This document shows, one piece after another, positions 1-13,019 of a DNA stretch of 64,000 nt. The position numbers were made by a program, and so were the translations under genes. Under the pieces are notes generated by a model that saw only the letters and a program-made list of their open reading frames with translations, did no database searches and was not told the origin of the DNA. Numbering within the stretch: the first letter of the stretch is position 1; each line of letters opens with the position of its first letter. Location of the stretch: assembly GCF_044704955.1 (NCBI RefSeq), contig NC_091996.1:30504001-30568000 (forward strand), given 5' to 3'. The DNA is from Pristiophorus japonicus. Its lineage: Eukaryota.

Positions 1-196
1 TCGTATGGAAGATGCCAGTTGCGTTCCCAAGGAGAAAGCACCTGATTTGATAAAGGAAAGAGTAGATTACCAAGTGCTCGGTAACCAAGCAGTGGTAAGG
101 GATTTGTAACACTCGTTGATAAATAGGTGGGTTCAAAGGCCTGGAATAGAACAAGTGGTACATACCATTTGGAATTCAAAAGTTGTTAACTTGCTC

Positions 197-438
197 ATCA
201 TCATCATAGGCGGTCCCTCGAACGAGGATGACTTGTTTCCACACCAAAAGGGATGAGTTCACAGATGTTTCAATGGAAGACCCGATATTCCAGTCCTGAA
301 CTCCAGGGGTGGAAGATGCCTGTGCGTGGATTTTTTTAACATGTGGTGACCGTTGCACATCAGCCACCACACGGGCTTGACAGAGCTAGGCCTTTATCCA
401 GTGGTAAGGGTTAACCAGGACGACTGGAGACCTGTTCT
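197..438 (-). mobile_element. Bipartite non-autonomous RTE-derived element, 5'-truncated
   Basis: (ATG)n tail and 3' end shared with the RTE at 2860-4007; body matches the copies at 11950, 13020, 30846, 37740, 46220 and 47036. Confidence 0.8.
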
Positions 439-487
439 ATAGCAAGTCACTGGGGACTGATGAGGAGATGATTGCATTTGCCAGCTA

Positions 488-937
488 AGCTGTGGCTCAG
501 TGGGTAGCACACTCACCTCTGAGTCAGAAGGTTGTGGGTTCAAGTCCCATGCCAGGGATTTGAGACTTAAATCTAAGCTGACACTCCGAAGGAGTGCTGC
601 ACTATTGGAGGTGCTGTCTTTCGGATGAGACTAAACCGAGGCCCTGTCTGCTCTCTCAAGTGGATGTAAAAGATCGCATGGCACTATTTCGAAGAAGAGC
701 AGGGGAGTTATCCCCGGTGTCCTGGGCCCAATATTTATCCCTCAATCAACATAACAAAAATAGATTAGCTGGTTATTATCACATTGCTGTCTGTGGGAGC
801 TTATTTGTGCACAAATTGGCTGCCACGTTTTCCACATTACAACAGTGACTACACTCCAAAAGTACTTCATTGGCTATAAAGCGCTTTGAGACGTCTGGTG
901 GTCGTGAAAGGCGTTATGTAAATTCAAGTCTTTCTTT
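488..937 (+). mobile_element. tRNA-derived Deu-SINE (SacSINE1-like)
   Basis: A-box TGGCTCAGTGG, B-box GGTTCAAGTCC, conserved central body and L2-like tail ending AAGTCTTTCTTT; further copies in the window. Confidence 0.8.
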
Positions 938-1210
938 AATACCACATTATTTTATTACGTTGAATGTTACTTTTTCTGCTGGAGCCCATCTGTGTAAATA
1001 TTTCACTGCAAGCTTTTAATGTAGTCCCAAATGATCCTGTTGACAAGGCAAGAGAGCCGCATGTTACCAACTAAATCCAATTTTGCATGATAACTTGCAC
1101 ATATTATTGTGAGAACTCCAGCTTATGCAAAAGTAGCTGAAATAATATGAATATAATTCAATCAACAGGCAAGCTTCTATTTATAGACTAGGTTTTGATT
1201 TTCTTGTAAT

Positions 1211-1730
1211 GATCCAAAACTCGTCTGCCCGTGTCCTAACTCTCACCAAGTCCCACTCACCCATCACGCCCTGTGCTCGCTGACCTACATTGGCTCCCGG
1301 TTCAGCAACGCCTCGATTTCAAAATTCTCATCCTTATTTTCAAATCCCTCCATGGCCTCGCCCCTCCCTATCTCCGTAATCTCTTCCAGCCCCACAACCC
1401 CCCCCCCCGAGATGTCTGCACTCCTCTAATTCTGCCCTCTTGAGCATCCCTGATTATAATCGCTCCACCATCGGTGGCCATGCCTTCTGTTGCCTAGGCC
1501 CCAAGCTCTGGAACTCCCTCCCTAAACCTCTCCGCCTCGCTACCTCTCTTTCCCTCTTCAAGACGTTCCTTAAAACCTACCTCTTTGACCAAGCTTTTGG
1601 TTACCTGCGCTAATTTCTACTTATGCGGCTCGGTGTCAAATTGTTTGTCTCATAACACTCCTGTGAAGCGCCTTGGGACGTTTCACTACATTAAAGGCGC
1701 TATATAAATGCAAGTTGTTGCTGTTGTTGT
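1211..1730 (+). mobile_element. L2-clade LINE 3' fragment
   Basis: Degenerate L2 ORF2 C-terminus (LADLHWLPV..R..FKIL-like) and tail GGCGCTATATAAATGCAAGTTGTTG; similar to 5405-5848 and 36465-36900. Confidence 0.8.
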
Positions 1731-2859
1731 AAGCGAAGAGCTATTATGCTGGTGCCCGAGGATTCTCCCTTTATCAGAGGGTTAGTACTGGTGGCTGGGC
1801 CTGAAGTCCTCCCTCACCCTAGCACGGAAATCAGAAAGTTAATTTTATTTTTAATTATTTCTTTGAAGACATTTTTTTAAGTCAGCAAACAAATCTTTGA
1901 TGTGACATGGGGCATCACACGTGTCTTCTCTTAAGTGTCCTCACACCAACATAAAAATGACCAGCCAGGTAGAGAAACAGCTCTAGTTACTCATTTAGCA
2001 GCCTGTTACCTGCGAATTAACCATGCTCAGTGGCTGTCGGAATAATAGGAATTTCCTGTTGCAACAGAATAATGTATTCCATCACATTAACACAGCACCA
2101 AAGCAAACTAAGCCGATTGCTTTCAGTGTGTGTCATAATCCAAACCTACTCATGGAATAATTAGAAACGCACAATTCTTGCAAAGCACGAGGTAGAGTGA
2201 CTATTTCAAGTTGATGACGTACATTCTAAGATCTACGTGACACAGCAGCTTTAAGCAGTGACTCTGAAATCTTCGTTCTCCGATGAGGCATCAGTGTTAC
2301 ATGCATCTACCAATCAATAGCATCAAAAAAGCAGAAGACATCACACTGAAGGTAGTCGGGAGGTTGTCCATATCCCATAGAATGGTTCCAGCACAGAAGG
2401 CCATTCAGCCCGTCGAGGCCATGCCGACTTTCAGCTAGTTCCACTCCCCCGCCCTTTCCTAGTAGCCCTGTAAATTTTTTTCTTCAGACACTTATCCAAC
2501 TTCCTTTTGGAGGATAACATTGAGTATGCCTCCACCACCCTTTCAGGCAGTGCATTCCAGAACCCAACCACTCGCTGCGTAAAAAAGATTTTTCTTTGGT
2601 TCTTTTGCCAATCATCTTAGATCCCATACGTATTTTTGAAAACTGTACTTCAATGAGACCTGTATTTAAAAATGTTAAGGGTTTTTATGCGCATCGCGGC
2701 CGGATATTTGTGAGCCAGCTGAAGGGGAAAGCGATGACGTGTACATTCACGGGCAACTGCTACGTGGTAAATCACACTGCGGTGTATGGGTCCAATCCTG
2801 CACCTCTGCGCTCCCAGTGCAGATCCGTGCTCTCATGGAGTGCAACATGGCCCGCACCA

Positions 2860-4007
2860 TAGAGGCTGAACTCCAGGACATAGTCGACGTATTTACTGAG
2901 GCATACGAAAGCACGGGCCTTACATTAAACATCCGTAAGACAAAGGTCCTCCACCAGCCTGTCCTCACCGCACTGCCCCCCAGTCATCAAGATCCACGGC
3001 GCGGCCCTGGACAACGTGGACCACTTCCCATATCTCGGGAGCCTCCTATCAACAAGAGCAGGCATTGACGACGAGATCCAACACCGCCTCCAGTGCACCA
3101 GTGCAGCCTTTGGCCGCCTGAGGAAAAGAGTGTCTGAAGACCAGGCCCTCAAAACTGCCACCAAACTCATGGTCTACAGGGCTGTAGTAATACCTGTCCT
3201 CCTGTATGGCTCAGAGACATGGACCATGTACAGTAGACACCTCAAGTTGCTGGAGATATATCACCAACGATGTCTCCGCAAGATCCTACAATTCCCCTGG
3301 GAGGACAGGCGCACCAACATCAGCGTCCTCACTCAGACCAACATCCCCAGCATTGAAGCACTGACCACTCAATCAACTCTGCTGGGCAGGCCACATAGTT
3401 TGCATGCCAGACACGAGACTCCCAAGCAAGTGCTCTACTTGGAGCTCCTTCACGGCAAACGAGCCAAAGATGGGCAGCGGAAATGCTACAAGGACGCCCT
3501 CAAAGCCTCTCTGATAAAGTGCAACATCATTGGATATATTCAAGAGGGAGTTAGATATGGCCCTTACGGCTAAAGGGATCGAGGGGTATGGAGAGAAAGC
3601 AGGAAAGGGGTACTGAGGTGAATGATCAGCCATGGTCTTATTGAATGGTGGTGCAGGCTCGAAGGGCCGAATGGCCTACTCCTGCACCTATTTTTTATTT
3701 TTTATGTTTATGTTTATGTTTATCCTGGGAGTCCCTGGCCCAAGACCGCCCTAAGTGGAGGAAGTGCATCCGAGAGGGCGCTGAGCACCTCGAGTCTTGT
3801 CGCCGAGAGCATGCAGAAATCAAACGCAGGCAGCGGAAAGAGCATGCTGCAAACCAATCCCACCCACCCCTTCCCTCAACGACTATCTGTCCCACCTGTG
3901 ACAGAGTCTGTGACTCTCATATTGGACTGTTCAGCCACCAAAGAACTCACTTCAGGAGTGGAAGCAAGTCTTCCTCGATTCCGAGGGACTGCCTATGATG
4001 ATAATGA
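2860..4007 (+). mobile_element. RTE-clade LINE, 5'-truncated and frameshifted, interrupted by a CR1 fragment
   Basis: ORF 3016..3573 carries VDHFPYLGS..LLYGSETWT..HQRCLRKIL; C-terminal CPTC..C...IGLFSH..TH zinc knuckle; ATGATGA tail; probable TSD CACCAT/CACCGT. Confidence 0.92.
3527..3722 (+). mobile_element. CR1 (family A) 3' end nested in RTE
   Basis: IFKRELDMAL..KGI.GYGEKAG end, 3' UTR and decayed (TTTATG)n tail. Confidence 0.9.
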
Positions 4008-5404
4008 CACCGTGGCATTTTCCACCTGTGAATTTTAGCCACCGGAAAATCACGGGCTGCTCGCCAATGATTTTCTGTGATGTGCTCTGTGCGCCAGGAG
4101 TGTGAAACTTTAGAATCAGTTTTCTATGCCTCCATTTTGCGGCACTCAAGGAATTGTACACCAGCAGGAAGAAAAACAGCCGAGAAAGGGAGAAAAAGAA
4201 ATGGATCATTGAATACAAATTTTATTTCTATTTGAAGAGGAATTCAACATTATAAATTCTTTGAGAGATAACGCCCCACCCTTCAAACAGCAGCAGCTCT
4301 TTATACTCATATCACCAAACTAGCAAACAGAGGAACATATACACGATGGACCGAAATGGCTTCCTTCTGCGCTGTAAATTTCTATGTTTCTATGTTTCTA
4401 TAATCGATGGTTAATCCACCCGATTGTTATATTATCAGCTTTTATGACATGGTTCATGTACCTAACACTTTGGAGAATGTTGTCTTTATTGTTTTCAACT
4501 TTCTTGAATGCATTTGTGTAATAATCACTTTTTTGGAGGGTATAATGGTGAATCCCTCTTCAAGTAAAAATAAAATATGTATTCAATGATTCATTTCTTC
4601 TTCTCCCTTTTTCGGATGTATTTCTACCTTACCACTTGCTGGAGTACAGTTCCATGAGTGCTGACAGATCTCCAAATACCTCATCCAAGTAGCCTTCTTC
4701 ATGTAGGAGGTTGGACAGTATGTGACAACAGGCTGCTCAAATGCAAGATAAATTGGATTCTAAACCAGACACTGATGCATGGCTAGAGAGCTATGTGGCC
4801 TGAACTCTCAACCGTGTGTTTTCATGAAGTGCCGTGGTACGTTTTCTTATGTTAAAGGCGCTATATAAATATAACTTGTTATTGTGGAGGTATAGTCCAT
4901 CCTGTAGCATGTCATTACATCTGATGAAGGGCGGCCCATGTAATTATGCAACACTACACACAAATAAACTCTAATCTTAAAAAAGAATATTCGGCCACAA
5001 ATCACTTATTTTAATATTAAAAGTGCTGTCTATTAAGATATTTTATTTTTAATCCTATTAAAACACATTAAAAAATTCCAAAAACTTATTTTTTTCTAAA
5101 ACATTTAATTACATTCAATTTCAATTAATTTTAAATATGTGAGGTGCTTTTTTTATTTATTGTGTTGTGTTTCTTGTTTTAGGAGAGCTTTCTCCTTGAT
5201 AGTAATGGGAGCTCATAAAAACAGAGTCCCCATTATTATCAATGAGAATACTAGATAGTGATTGGTGGTCCAGGCCCATGTGATTCCAAGCTGCAATTAC
5301 GTATCTGGAAGACATGTTCCTGTACGCGGCACAGTGAATGAAGGTCTCCGACCAGAATCCTACGTTCCTCCGGTACTACCAGGTAGTTTCATAGATTTTT
5401 TTTG

Positions 5405-5848
5405 GCCTACATTGGCTTCCGGTTAAGCAACGCCTCGATTTGAAAACTCTCATCCTTGTTTTCAAATCCCTCCATGGCCTCGCCCCTCCCTATCTCTGTA
5501 ATCTCCTCCAGCCCCACATCCCCCCCGAGATGTCTGTGCTCCTCTAATTCTGCCCTCTTGAGCATCCCTGATTATAATCACTCAACCATTGGAGGCCATG
5601 CCTTCTGTTGCCTGGGCCACAAGCTCTAGAACTCCCTGCCTAAACCTCTCCGCCTCTCTACCTCTCTACCTCTTTTTCCTCCTTTAAGACGATTCTTAAA
5701 ACTTACCTCTTTGATCAAGCTTTTGGTCACCTGCCCTAATTTCTACTTATGTGGCTCGGTGTTAAATTTTTATCTCATAATACTCCTGGGAAGCACCTTG
5801 GGACGTTTCATCATGTTAAAGGCGCTATATAAATACAAGTTGTTGTTG
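5405..5848 (+). mobile_element. L2-clade LINE 3' fragment
   Basis: Closely similar to 1260-1730. Confidence 0.8.
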
Positions 5849-7587
5849 TAAGTGGATAGCTCTTTCAAAGAGCTGGCACAGGCACAATGGGCTCAATGGC
5901 ATCTTTTCTGCGCTGCAAGATTCTATGATTATAGGTGATTTGTAGACATATGGTTTTACGGTAAAACAGTGTCTAATTTCTATTGCCAATCCTGAGGACC
6001 TAACAAATAAAAGCAACGATGCATATAATCCATTGCAGGGATATGTCATCCCCAGCTGCATGAAGATCTTCCTTGTGAAAACTAGAAGTGCTGTAACCCT
6101 GTCCTTAGTGGATATCCCATTTACAGAACAGGACTGGAGGGAAGTCATAAAGAAAGAAAGATTAAAATATTCATTTTGTTTTCATCTGCCCTGCCACATC
6201 TTGGGTCTTTCTTCTATGTTTTGTTTCCTTGCTCTCCTCTGCCGTGTATTCTCAAAAGCCACCTCACTCTTTTATGTATTTTCTCTGGAGTCTGTCTTGC
6301 TATTTTCTCTCCTCATTTAATTGTTGCCTCTGCCATCTGCTCCACTGTTTATTGTGTTGGTTTTCCCCGATCTTCCCTCTATTTAGATTCCGTCTGCTTT
6401 GTCCCTGTTGTTTTTCGCTAGCTCGCAGCTCTCCTGGCTCGCTTTTGATTTAGCAAGGCCGTGTCCCGATCTCCCCAGACTCTGGCCTGCCTGCTTCATC
6501 GCTCTGTCTCCTCCTCTGACTAAACGCTATGATGCTGGCAGCAGCGCTGGCATGGACCAGGAGGTTGGCAGATGGTTGCAGGGATTTGTACAAAGATAGG
6601 CCTGGTCTACTTCCAGTGTTATCGCAAACAAAATGCATCGCTGCCAGCTGCCATAATTCAGCTTCCACCCAAACTTTCCCAGCGCATCTTTGAATTTCTG
6701 CTTGCACAACGATCAAGGTAAATGATGCATAAACTGTAAGCAGCAGATCTGAAAGTGATGCCAGCATCGCTTCGCCTGCACTCTTCCCTTCAAGATACAG
6801 GACGCAATCATCATAGCTGTGGACCGAAATGCCAAGCAAGCAGCTTTTTGACCAGATCTGAGGGGAAACCAAAGTCCATCCCTTATTCTCCACGGGACGG
6901 AACTCAAAAAAAAATCTGCTGCCGGAGCAATATTTCTGCCAGCGGAAAAATAACCCAAGACATCCGACTTCATTCAGATGAAGTCACAGCTAACCACGGC
7001 TAACGAGTGCAATGAGCGGGGAAATGATCCATGAGACTCTAATTAAAACTCGTTCAAAGATTCCCTCTGCCTGCTGGGGTGGAAAATTATGTTCAAAATG
7101 CCTGCATCTGGGCAGAAACTAAAACAAGCCGAAAGGGTGTCGGAACTATTTGCGGCAGAGAAAACAGCCCCAAAATGGCACTGCTTGGAATTAATGAGAA
7201 ATCCACGAGTATGAAATCCAGAAAGGTTGTACGCAAACTAATAGTTGCGGAGTAATTGCAACAAGGACAGCAAAAATAGCCTGGCAGTACACATGAAAAG
7301 AGTTGACAGGAAGGGAGGGTATTTATATAGCTCCGAGCTATGTCCCAAAGTGCTTCACAGCCAACGAGTTACTTCTGAAGTATAACCACTGTCGTTATAT
7401 GTTACAAAAGAAACAATGATTTTTAACAGAAGAATGTTCAGAGGATCTGAAGTAGACTTGAAGCAGAGGACAAAGTCCTACAGCTCTCTCCTGGAAAAAC
7501 TCTGAATGGACGTGATGGCGGAGGGAATGATGGAAGTTCCTGTCCAGATTGAGTGGCTTCTTCTGGTGTATATTATACTCATGACAT

Positions 7588-8077
7588 ATTATATTCACTG
7601 GAATTTAGAAGAATGAGAGGGGATCTCATAGAAACATATAAAATTCTGACGGGATTGGACAGGTTAGATGCAGGAAGAATGTTCTCAATGTTGGGGAAGT
7701 CCACAACCAGGGGTCACAGTCTAAGGGTAAGGGGTAAACCATTTAGGACTGAGATGAGGAGAAACCTCTTCACTCAGAGAGTTTTGAACCTGTGGAATTC
7801 TCTACCACAGAAAGTTGTTGAGGCCAGTTTGTTGGATATATTCAAAAGGGAGTTAGATGTGGCCCTTATGGCTAAAGGGATCAAGGGGTATGGAGAGAAA
7901 GCAGGAATGGGGTAGATGTGGCCCTTATGGCTAAAGGGATCAAGGGGTATGGAGAGAAAGCAGGAATGGGGTATTGAAGTTGCATGATCAGCCATGATCA
8001 TATTGAATGGTGGTGCAGGCTCGAAGGGCCGAATGGCCTACTCCTGCACCTATTTTCTATGTTTCTATGTTTCTATG
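7588..8077 (+). mobile_element. CR1 (family A) 3' fragment with an internal 59-bp tandem duplication
   Basis: ORF 7553..7915 LYSLEFRRMRGDL..NLWNSLP; (TTTCTATG)n tail; flanking ATGACAT repeat. Confidence 0.92.
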
Positions 8078-9124
8078 ACATGAATCATAATGAAAAGGAG
8101 CAGTGCGTAATCTGGTGAGGAAAGTCATTTATTTTTCTAAATTGCCTTACAACTAAGATGACGTCTTCCCGCTTCTAAAATGTTGATCTGCAAATGATAA
8201 GCGTGCAGAGAAAAAGAAAATTTTGTTCATGGCTTCTTCGTTGTTCATATCAAGATAGCCAGCACAGGCACAATGGGTCAAGTGGCCTCTTTCTGTGCTA
8301 TATCAATCTATGGATCTATGGGGAAAAAAAGATCTCAGCGAGAATATCTGCATGAGAATGTGCTTCACCAAAGCGGCATTGGAAACCTGCGTCAGTGGTT
8401 CCACGGAGATCTACAGCCACCATCATCCGACCAGTCAGCTTTGCCAGTGGCTGTGAAAGTAACCTCTTTATGCCACCGGCTCATTGCAAGCGGCCATGGG
8501 AGATTTGTGTAATGTCACCCAGGCTGGCAGAACTGGAGAATTCATCCAGTTTGGCATCACACTAAGTAGCAATGCGATGGGACAATATCACATTTCTGGC
8601 TTCCCCAAAGTGGAAGGTGTATAGCTGCTGCTCACCTCGTATTGCCGATTCTGACAGTTAACTCCCTCAACCTGCAGAACGTCCAGATTGTATGCCCTAG
8701 CGTGCAAAGTGTCCTCCACATCAACGCTAGATTTTGTTGGAGTTGCCATCAACCCTGAGAAATTTTGAAATCCCTGAGCTCTTCAATTGGTTGCAATGAT
8801 AGCAGCCGAGGAACGCTACACTGTCACACATGCCTCTACCTGAGTAGACAGTGAGCAAGGGCAATCTTACTGCCTGAATAGATCAGGAAGGGGATTTAAG
8901 CTTGTCCATGCAAATAATTGCTGTTAGGGGAGATGGCAAGTCATAGTGTATCACCCAGAGTTAGCGGATCCCTTAAGCACAGTGCAGTGTGAGTGTGCTT
9001 TCTGCTTCCATTCATTTCAGGATGAGTGATGTCCAAAGAAGAAAGCAAGAGTGACGGCCTGTTGCCTTGCCTTGCCTTGCCTTTCCTCATCAAGTCATTG
9101 AACTTTTTCCAGCACTGCATTAAG

Positions 9125-9295
9125 GTCATCTTGCTGTCATTTTTAACTCAATGCCCGTACCAACACATGACCCCACCCCAGCACCCCCCAGAAATCAACA
9201 TCATCATCATCATCATAGGCGGTCCCTCGAACGAGGATGACTTGTTTCCACAAGTTCACAGGTGTTTCGATGAAGGACCCAATGTTCCAGTCCTG
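9125..9295 (-). repeat. Duplicate of 11868-12043 (RTE-derived tail plus ~70 bp of its flank)
   Basis: Non-element flank CTTGCTGTCATTTTTAACTCAATGCCCGTACC is shared with 11873-11905. Confidence 0.85.
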
Positions 9296-9441
9296 GGATA
9301 TGAGAGAGAGTATAACTGCCATCTCTCTCCACGTGGCACGTGTGATCCTTTTATGAGCTACCTCCCATGGGCATCCAGGCAGCCATTCTCTCCGTTGCTG
9401 TATTTTGTCCAGGAGTATCTGTAGAGTGTCATATGCTCTTA

Positions 9442-11440
9442 CATAGAAACATAGATAGAAACATAGAAAATAGGTGCAGGAGTAGGCCATTCGGCCAATG
9501 AGTTCATGGTTGAACGTGCAACTTCAGTACCCCATTCCTGCTTTCTCACCATACCCCTTGATCCCCCTGGTAGTAAGGACTACATCTAACTCCTTTTTGA
9601 ATATATTTAGTGAATTGGCCTCAACAACTTTCTGTGGTAGAGAATTCCACAGGTACACCACTCTCTGGGTGAAGAAGTTTCTCCTCATCTCGGTCCTAAA
9701 TGGCTTATCCCTTATCCTTAGACTGTGACCCCTGGTTCTGGACTTCCCCAACATCGGGAGCATTCTTCCTGCATCTACCCTGTCTAAACCCGTCAGAATT
9801 TTAAATGTTTCTAGGAGATCCCCTCTCATTCTTCTGAACTCCAGTAAATACAAGCCCAGTTGATCCAGTCTTTCTTGATATGTCAGTCCCGCCATCCCGG
9901 GAATCAGTCTGGTGAATCTTCGCTGCACTCCCTCAATAGCAAGAACGTCCTTCCTCAAGTTAGGAGACCAAAACTGTATACAATACTCCAGGTGTGGCCT
10001 CACCAAGGCCCTGTATAACTGTAGCAACACCTCCCTGCCCCTGTACTCAAATCCCCTCGCTATGAAGGCCAACATGCCATTTGCTTTCTTAACCGCCTGC
10101 TGTACCTGCATGCCAACCTTCAATGACTGATGTACCATGACACCCAGGTCTTGTTGCACCTCCCCTTTTCCTAATCTGTCACCATTCAGATAATAGTCTG
10201 TCTATCTGTTTTTACCACCAAAGTGGATAACCTCACATTTATCCACATGATACTTCATCTGCCATGCATTTGCCTACTCACCTAATCTATCCAAGTCACT
10301 CTGCAGCCTCATAGCATCCTCCTCACAGCTCACACTGCCACCCAACTTAGTATCATCTGCAAATTTGGAGATACATTTCATCCCCTCGTCTAAATCATTA
10401 ATGTACAATGTAAACAGCTGGGGCCCCAGCACAGAACCTTGTGGTACCCCACTAGTCACTGCCTGCCATTCTGAAAAGTACCCATTTACTCCTACTCTTT
10501 GCTTCCTGTCTGCCAACCAGTTCTCAATCCACGTCAGCACACTACCCCCAATCCCATGTGCTTTAACTTTGCACATTAATCTCTTGTGTGGGACCTTGTC
10601 GAAAGCCTTCTGAAAGTCCAAATACACCACATCAACTGGTTCTCCCTTGTCCACTCTACTCGAAACATCCTCAAAAAATTCCAGAAGATTTGTCAAGCAT
10701 AATTTCCCTTTCACGAATCCATGTTGACTTGGACCTATCATGTCACCTCTTTCCAAATGCGCTGCTATGACATCCTTAATAATTGATTCCATCATTTTAC
10801 CCACTACCGATGTCAGGCTGACCGGTCTATAATTCCCTGTTTTCTCTCTCCCTCCTTTTTTAAAAAGTGGGGTTACATTGGCTACCCTCCACTCCATAGG
10901 AACTGATCCAGATTCTATGGAATGTTGGAAAATGACTGTCAATGCATCCGCTATTTCCAAGGCCATCTCCTTAAGTACTCTGGGATGCAGACCATCAGGC
11001 TCTGGGGATTTATCGGCCTTCAATCTCATCAATTTCCCCAACACAATTTCCCGACTAATAAGGATTTCCCTCAGTTCCTCCTTCTTACTAGACCCTCTGA
11101 CCCCTTTTATATCCGGAAGGTTATTTGTGTCCTCCTTAGTGAATACCGAACCAAAGTACTTGTTCAATTGGTCTGCCATTTCTTTGTTCCCCGTTATGAC
11201 TTCCCCTGATTCTGACTGCAGGGGACCTACGTTTGTCTATACTAACCTTTTTCTCTTTACATATCTATAGAAGCTTTTGCAGTCCATCTTAATGTTCCCT
11301 GCAAGCTTCCTCTCGTACTCTATTTTCCCTGCTCTAATCAAACCCTTTGTTCTCCTCTGCAGTGTTCTAAATTTCTCCCAGTCCCCGGGTTCGCTGCTAT
11401 TTCTGGCCAATTTGTCTGCCACTTCTTTGGCTTTAATACT
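9442..11440 (-). mobile_element. CR1 (family A) LINE, ~2 kb, 5'-truncated, RT domain with premature stops
   Basis: ORFs 10274..11179 ([38 protein letters not shown]) and 9524..10159; octamer tail at 9442-9470. Confidence 0.96.
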
Positions 11441-11949
11441 TTCCTGCTTCCTTCCAATGCTCATATCCTTTCTTTGGCTGCCTCTGCTAGGTCCTCTACC
11501 TGAAGATATGTTTGAAAAGTGCCCAAATATCTTCCATGAGCTTTTGTCGCATACAAGACAGTTGCCTCAGTCTTGTATTATGTTGAGTACTTGTCCACTG
11601 CTCCCCCAGCCTGTTGCAGTAATCTTCACCCCTTTTAGCCTCTTTAAAGGCCAGCCATACAACTTTCCATTCACTCCAATGCATTCCTTTCCTGCTACAT
11701 GGGAACTGCACTACTGAAGCACCAGCACAACCGGTGATTGGTGGGCAGAAGTCCCGTCTCTGGGACGCAACGCCAGCATAAATGGCCCCGTGGAGTGTCG
11801 GGACCTATATCCCCATGTCCTTGCTGAGCCACGCTATCTGAAGTTTGTTTTTCAAGGGTTGCAAGTCGTCACCTTGCTGTCATTTTTAACTCAATGCCCG
11901 TACCCACACATAATCCCCCCCCTCCCCCAGCACCCCCCAAAAAACAACA

Positions 11950-12306
11950 TCATCATCATCATAGGTGGTCCCTCGAATGAGGATGACTTGCTTCCACAAG
12001 AGTTCACAGATGTTTCAATGAAGGACCTGATGTTTCAGTCCTGAACTCCAATTGAGGGGGTGGAAGATGCCTGTGCGTGGATTTTTTAACGTGTGGTGGC
12101 CGTTGCACACGGGCTTGACAAAGCTAGGCCTTTATCCAGTGGCAAGGATTAACCAGGACGACTGGAGACCTGCTCTGCTGCACGGACCTAGCGCGCACAA
12201 CATATCGCAGTGTGGGCTGGCCCGTGCTGCCCCGGGCCCTCGCCTCTCCTGGGCTCTGTACCCTCCTTCGCCGCAACTCCGCCACGATCTCTCGCCGCTC
12301 CTCCGC
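11950..12306 (-). mobile_element. Bipartite non-autonomous RTE-derived element
   Basis: (ATG)n tail; TSD AAAACAACAT (11941) / AAATCAACAT (~12308). Confidence 0.85.
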
Positions 12307-13019
12307 CAAATCAACATGGCCTAGTGCTCAAAACCACACTGAGCTTGATGGGTCCTATGCTCAATATGAAGTACATGAGCTGCTAATACCCTTTCTTTGC
12401 TGGGCAATTCTCCACTCTCAGCATCGTAAGGCACAGAAAGGGAAAACTTCTGCTGGATGGCCCCCTGTACCATAAATCACCCCGTCAGCCACTTAACTCA
12501 ACTTTGTTTCCTGCTTTAATATATTGCAAAGAGGCAATGACTCACAAAGTCGAGCACTTTAACAAGGAATGGCACGTAGTGTAATCACTCATCATCATGC
12601 CTCAGCTGTGCTCTCACATTTCCGTCGGGCCTTTATTTCGAAAGCAATCAGAAGAAATGTGCCAAGCTACTCTGCGTGCCAAATGTGGCTGTGCTGCCCA
12701 ATTGAACCATGAAGTACTAAATTTGTGAATCAAGAATCCACACACTCAGAGGACTCGAGCTTCAATCTGTCAGCACTTGTTTCACACAATAGATCCTTAG
12801 AAGTCACAACTGCCCTTCTGTTCAGTTGGGGAACGTGGACATGAAGCAATTGATTTGCAGCGAATATTATTCACCAGCTGAAGCTAGGGACACCGTGCAC
12901 CAGTGACATTGCTTGCTGACTTGCCAGGAGTAGAATGCGTGTGAAGGACCTACAGGGTTATTACGTTGCAAGAAGAAACGGGGCACAAGAGGCTGAAGAC
13001 TACGCGTACCAGCTACCCT

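Larger units (their letters stand above)
9070..11464 (-). pseudogene. Disrupted Myb/SANT-like (trihelix) DNA-binding gene relic, PIF/Harbinger type
   Basis: Pieces 11464-11441, 9440-9293 and 9127-9070 join to MSIGRKQERAYDTLQILLDKIQQRREWL..ITRATWREMA..PRTLMQCWKKFNDLMRKGK, with one frameshift. Confidence 0.6.

Noticed and set aside
488-560. tRNA gene
   Set aside because: The A/B boxes are SINE heads and no full cloverleaf is evident; the same holds for the other copies.
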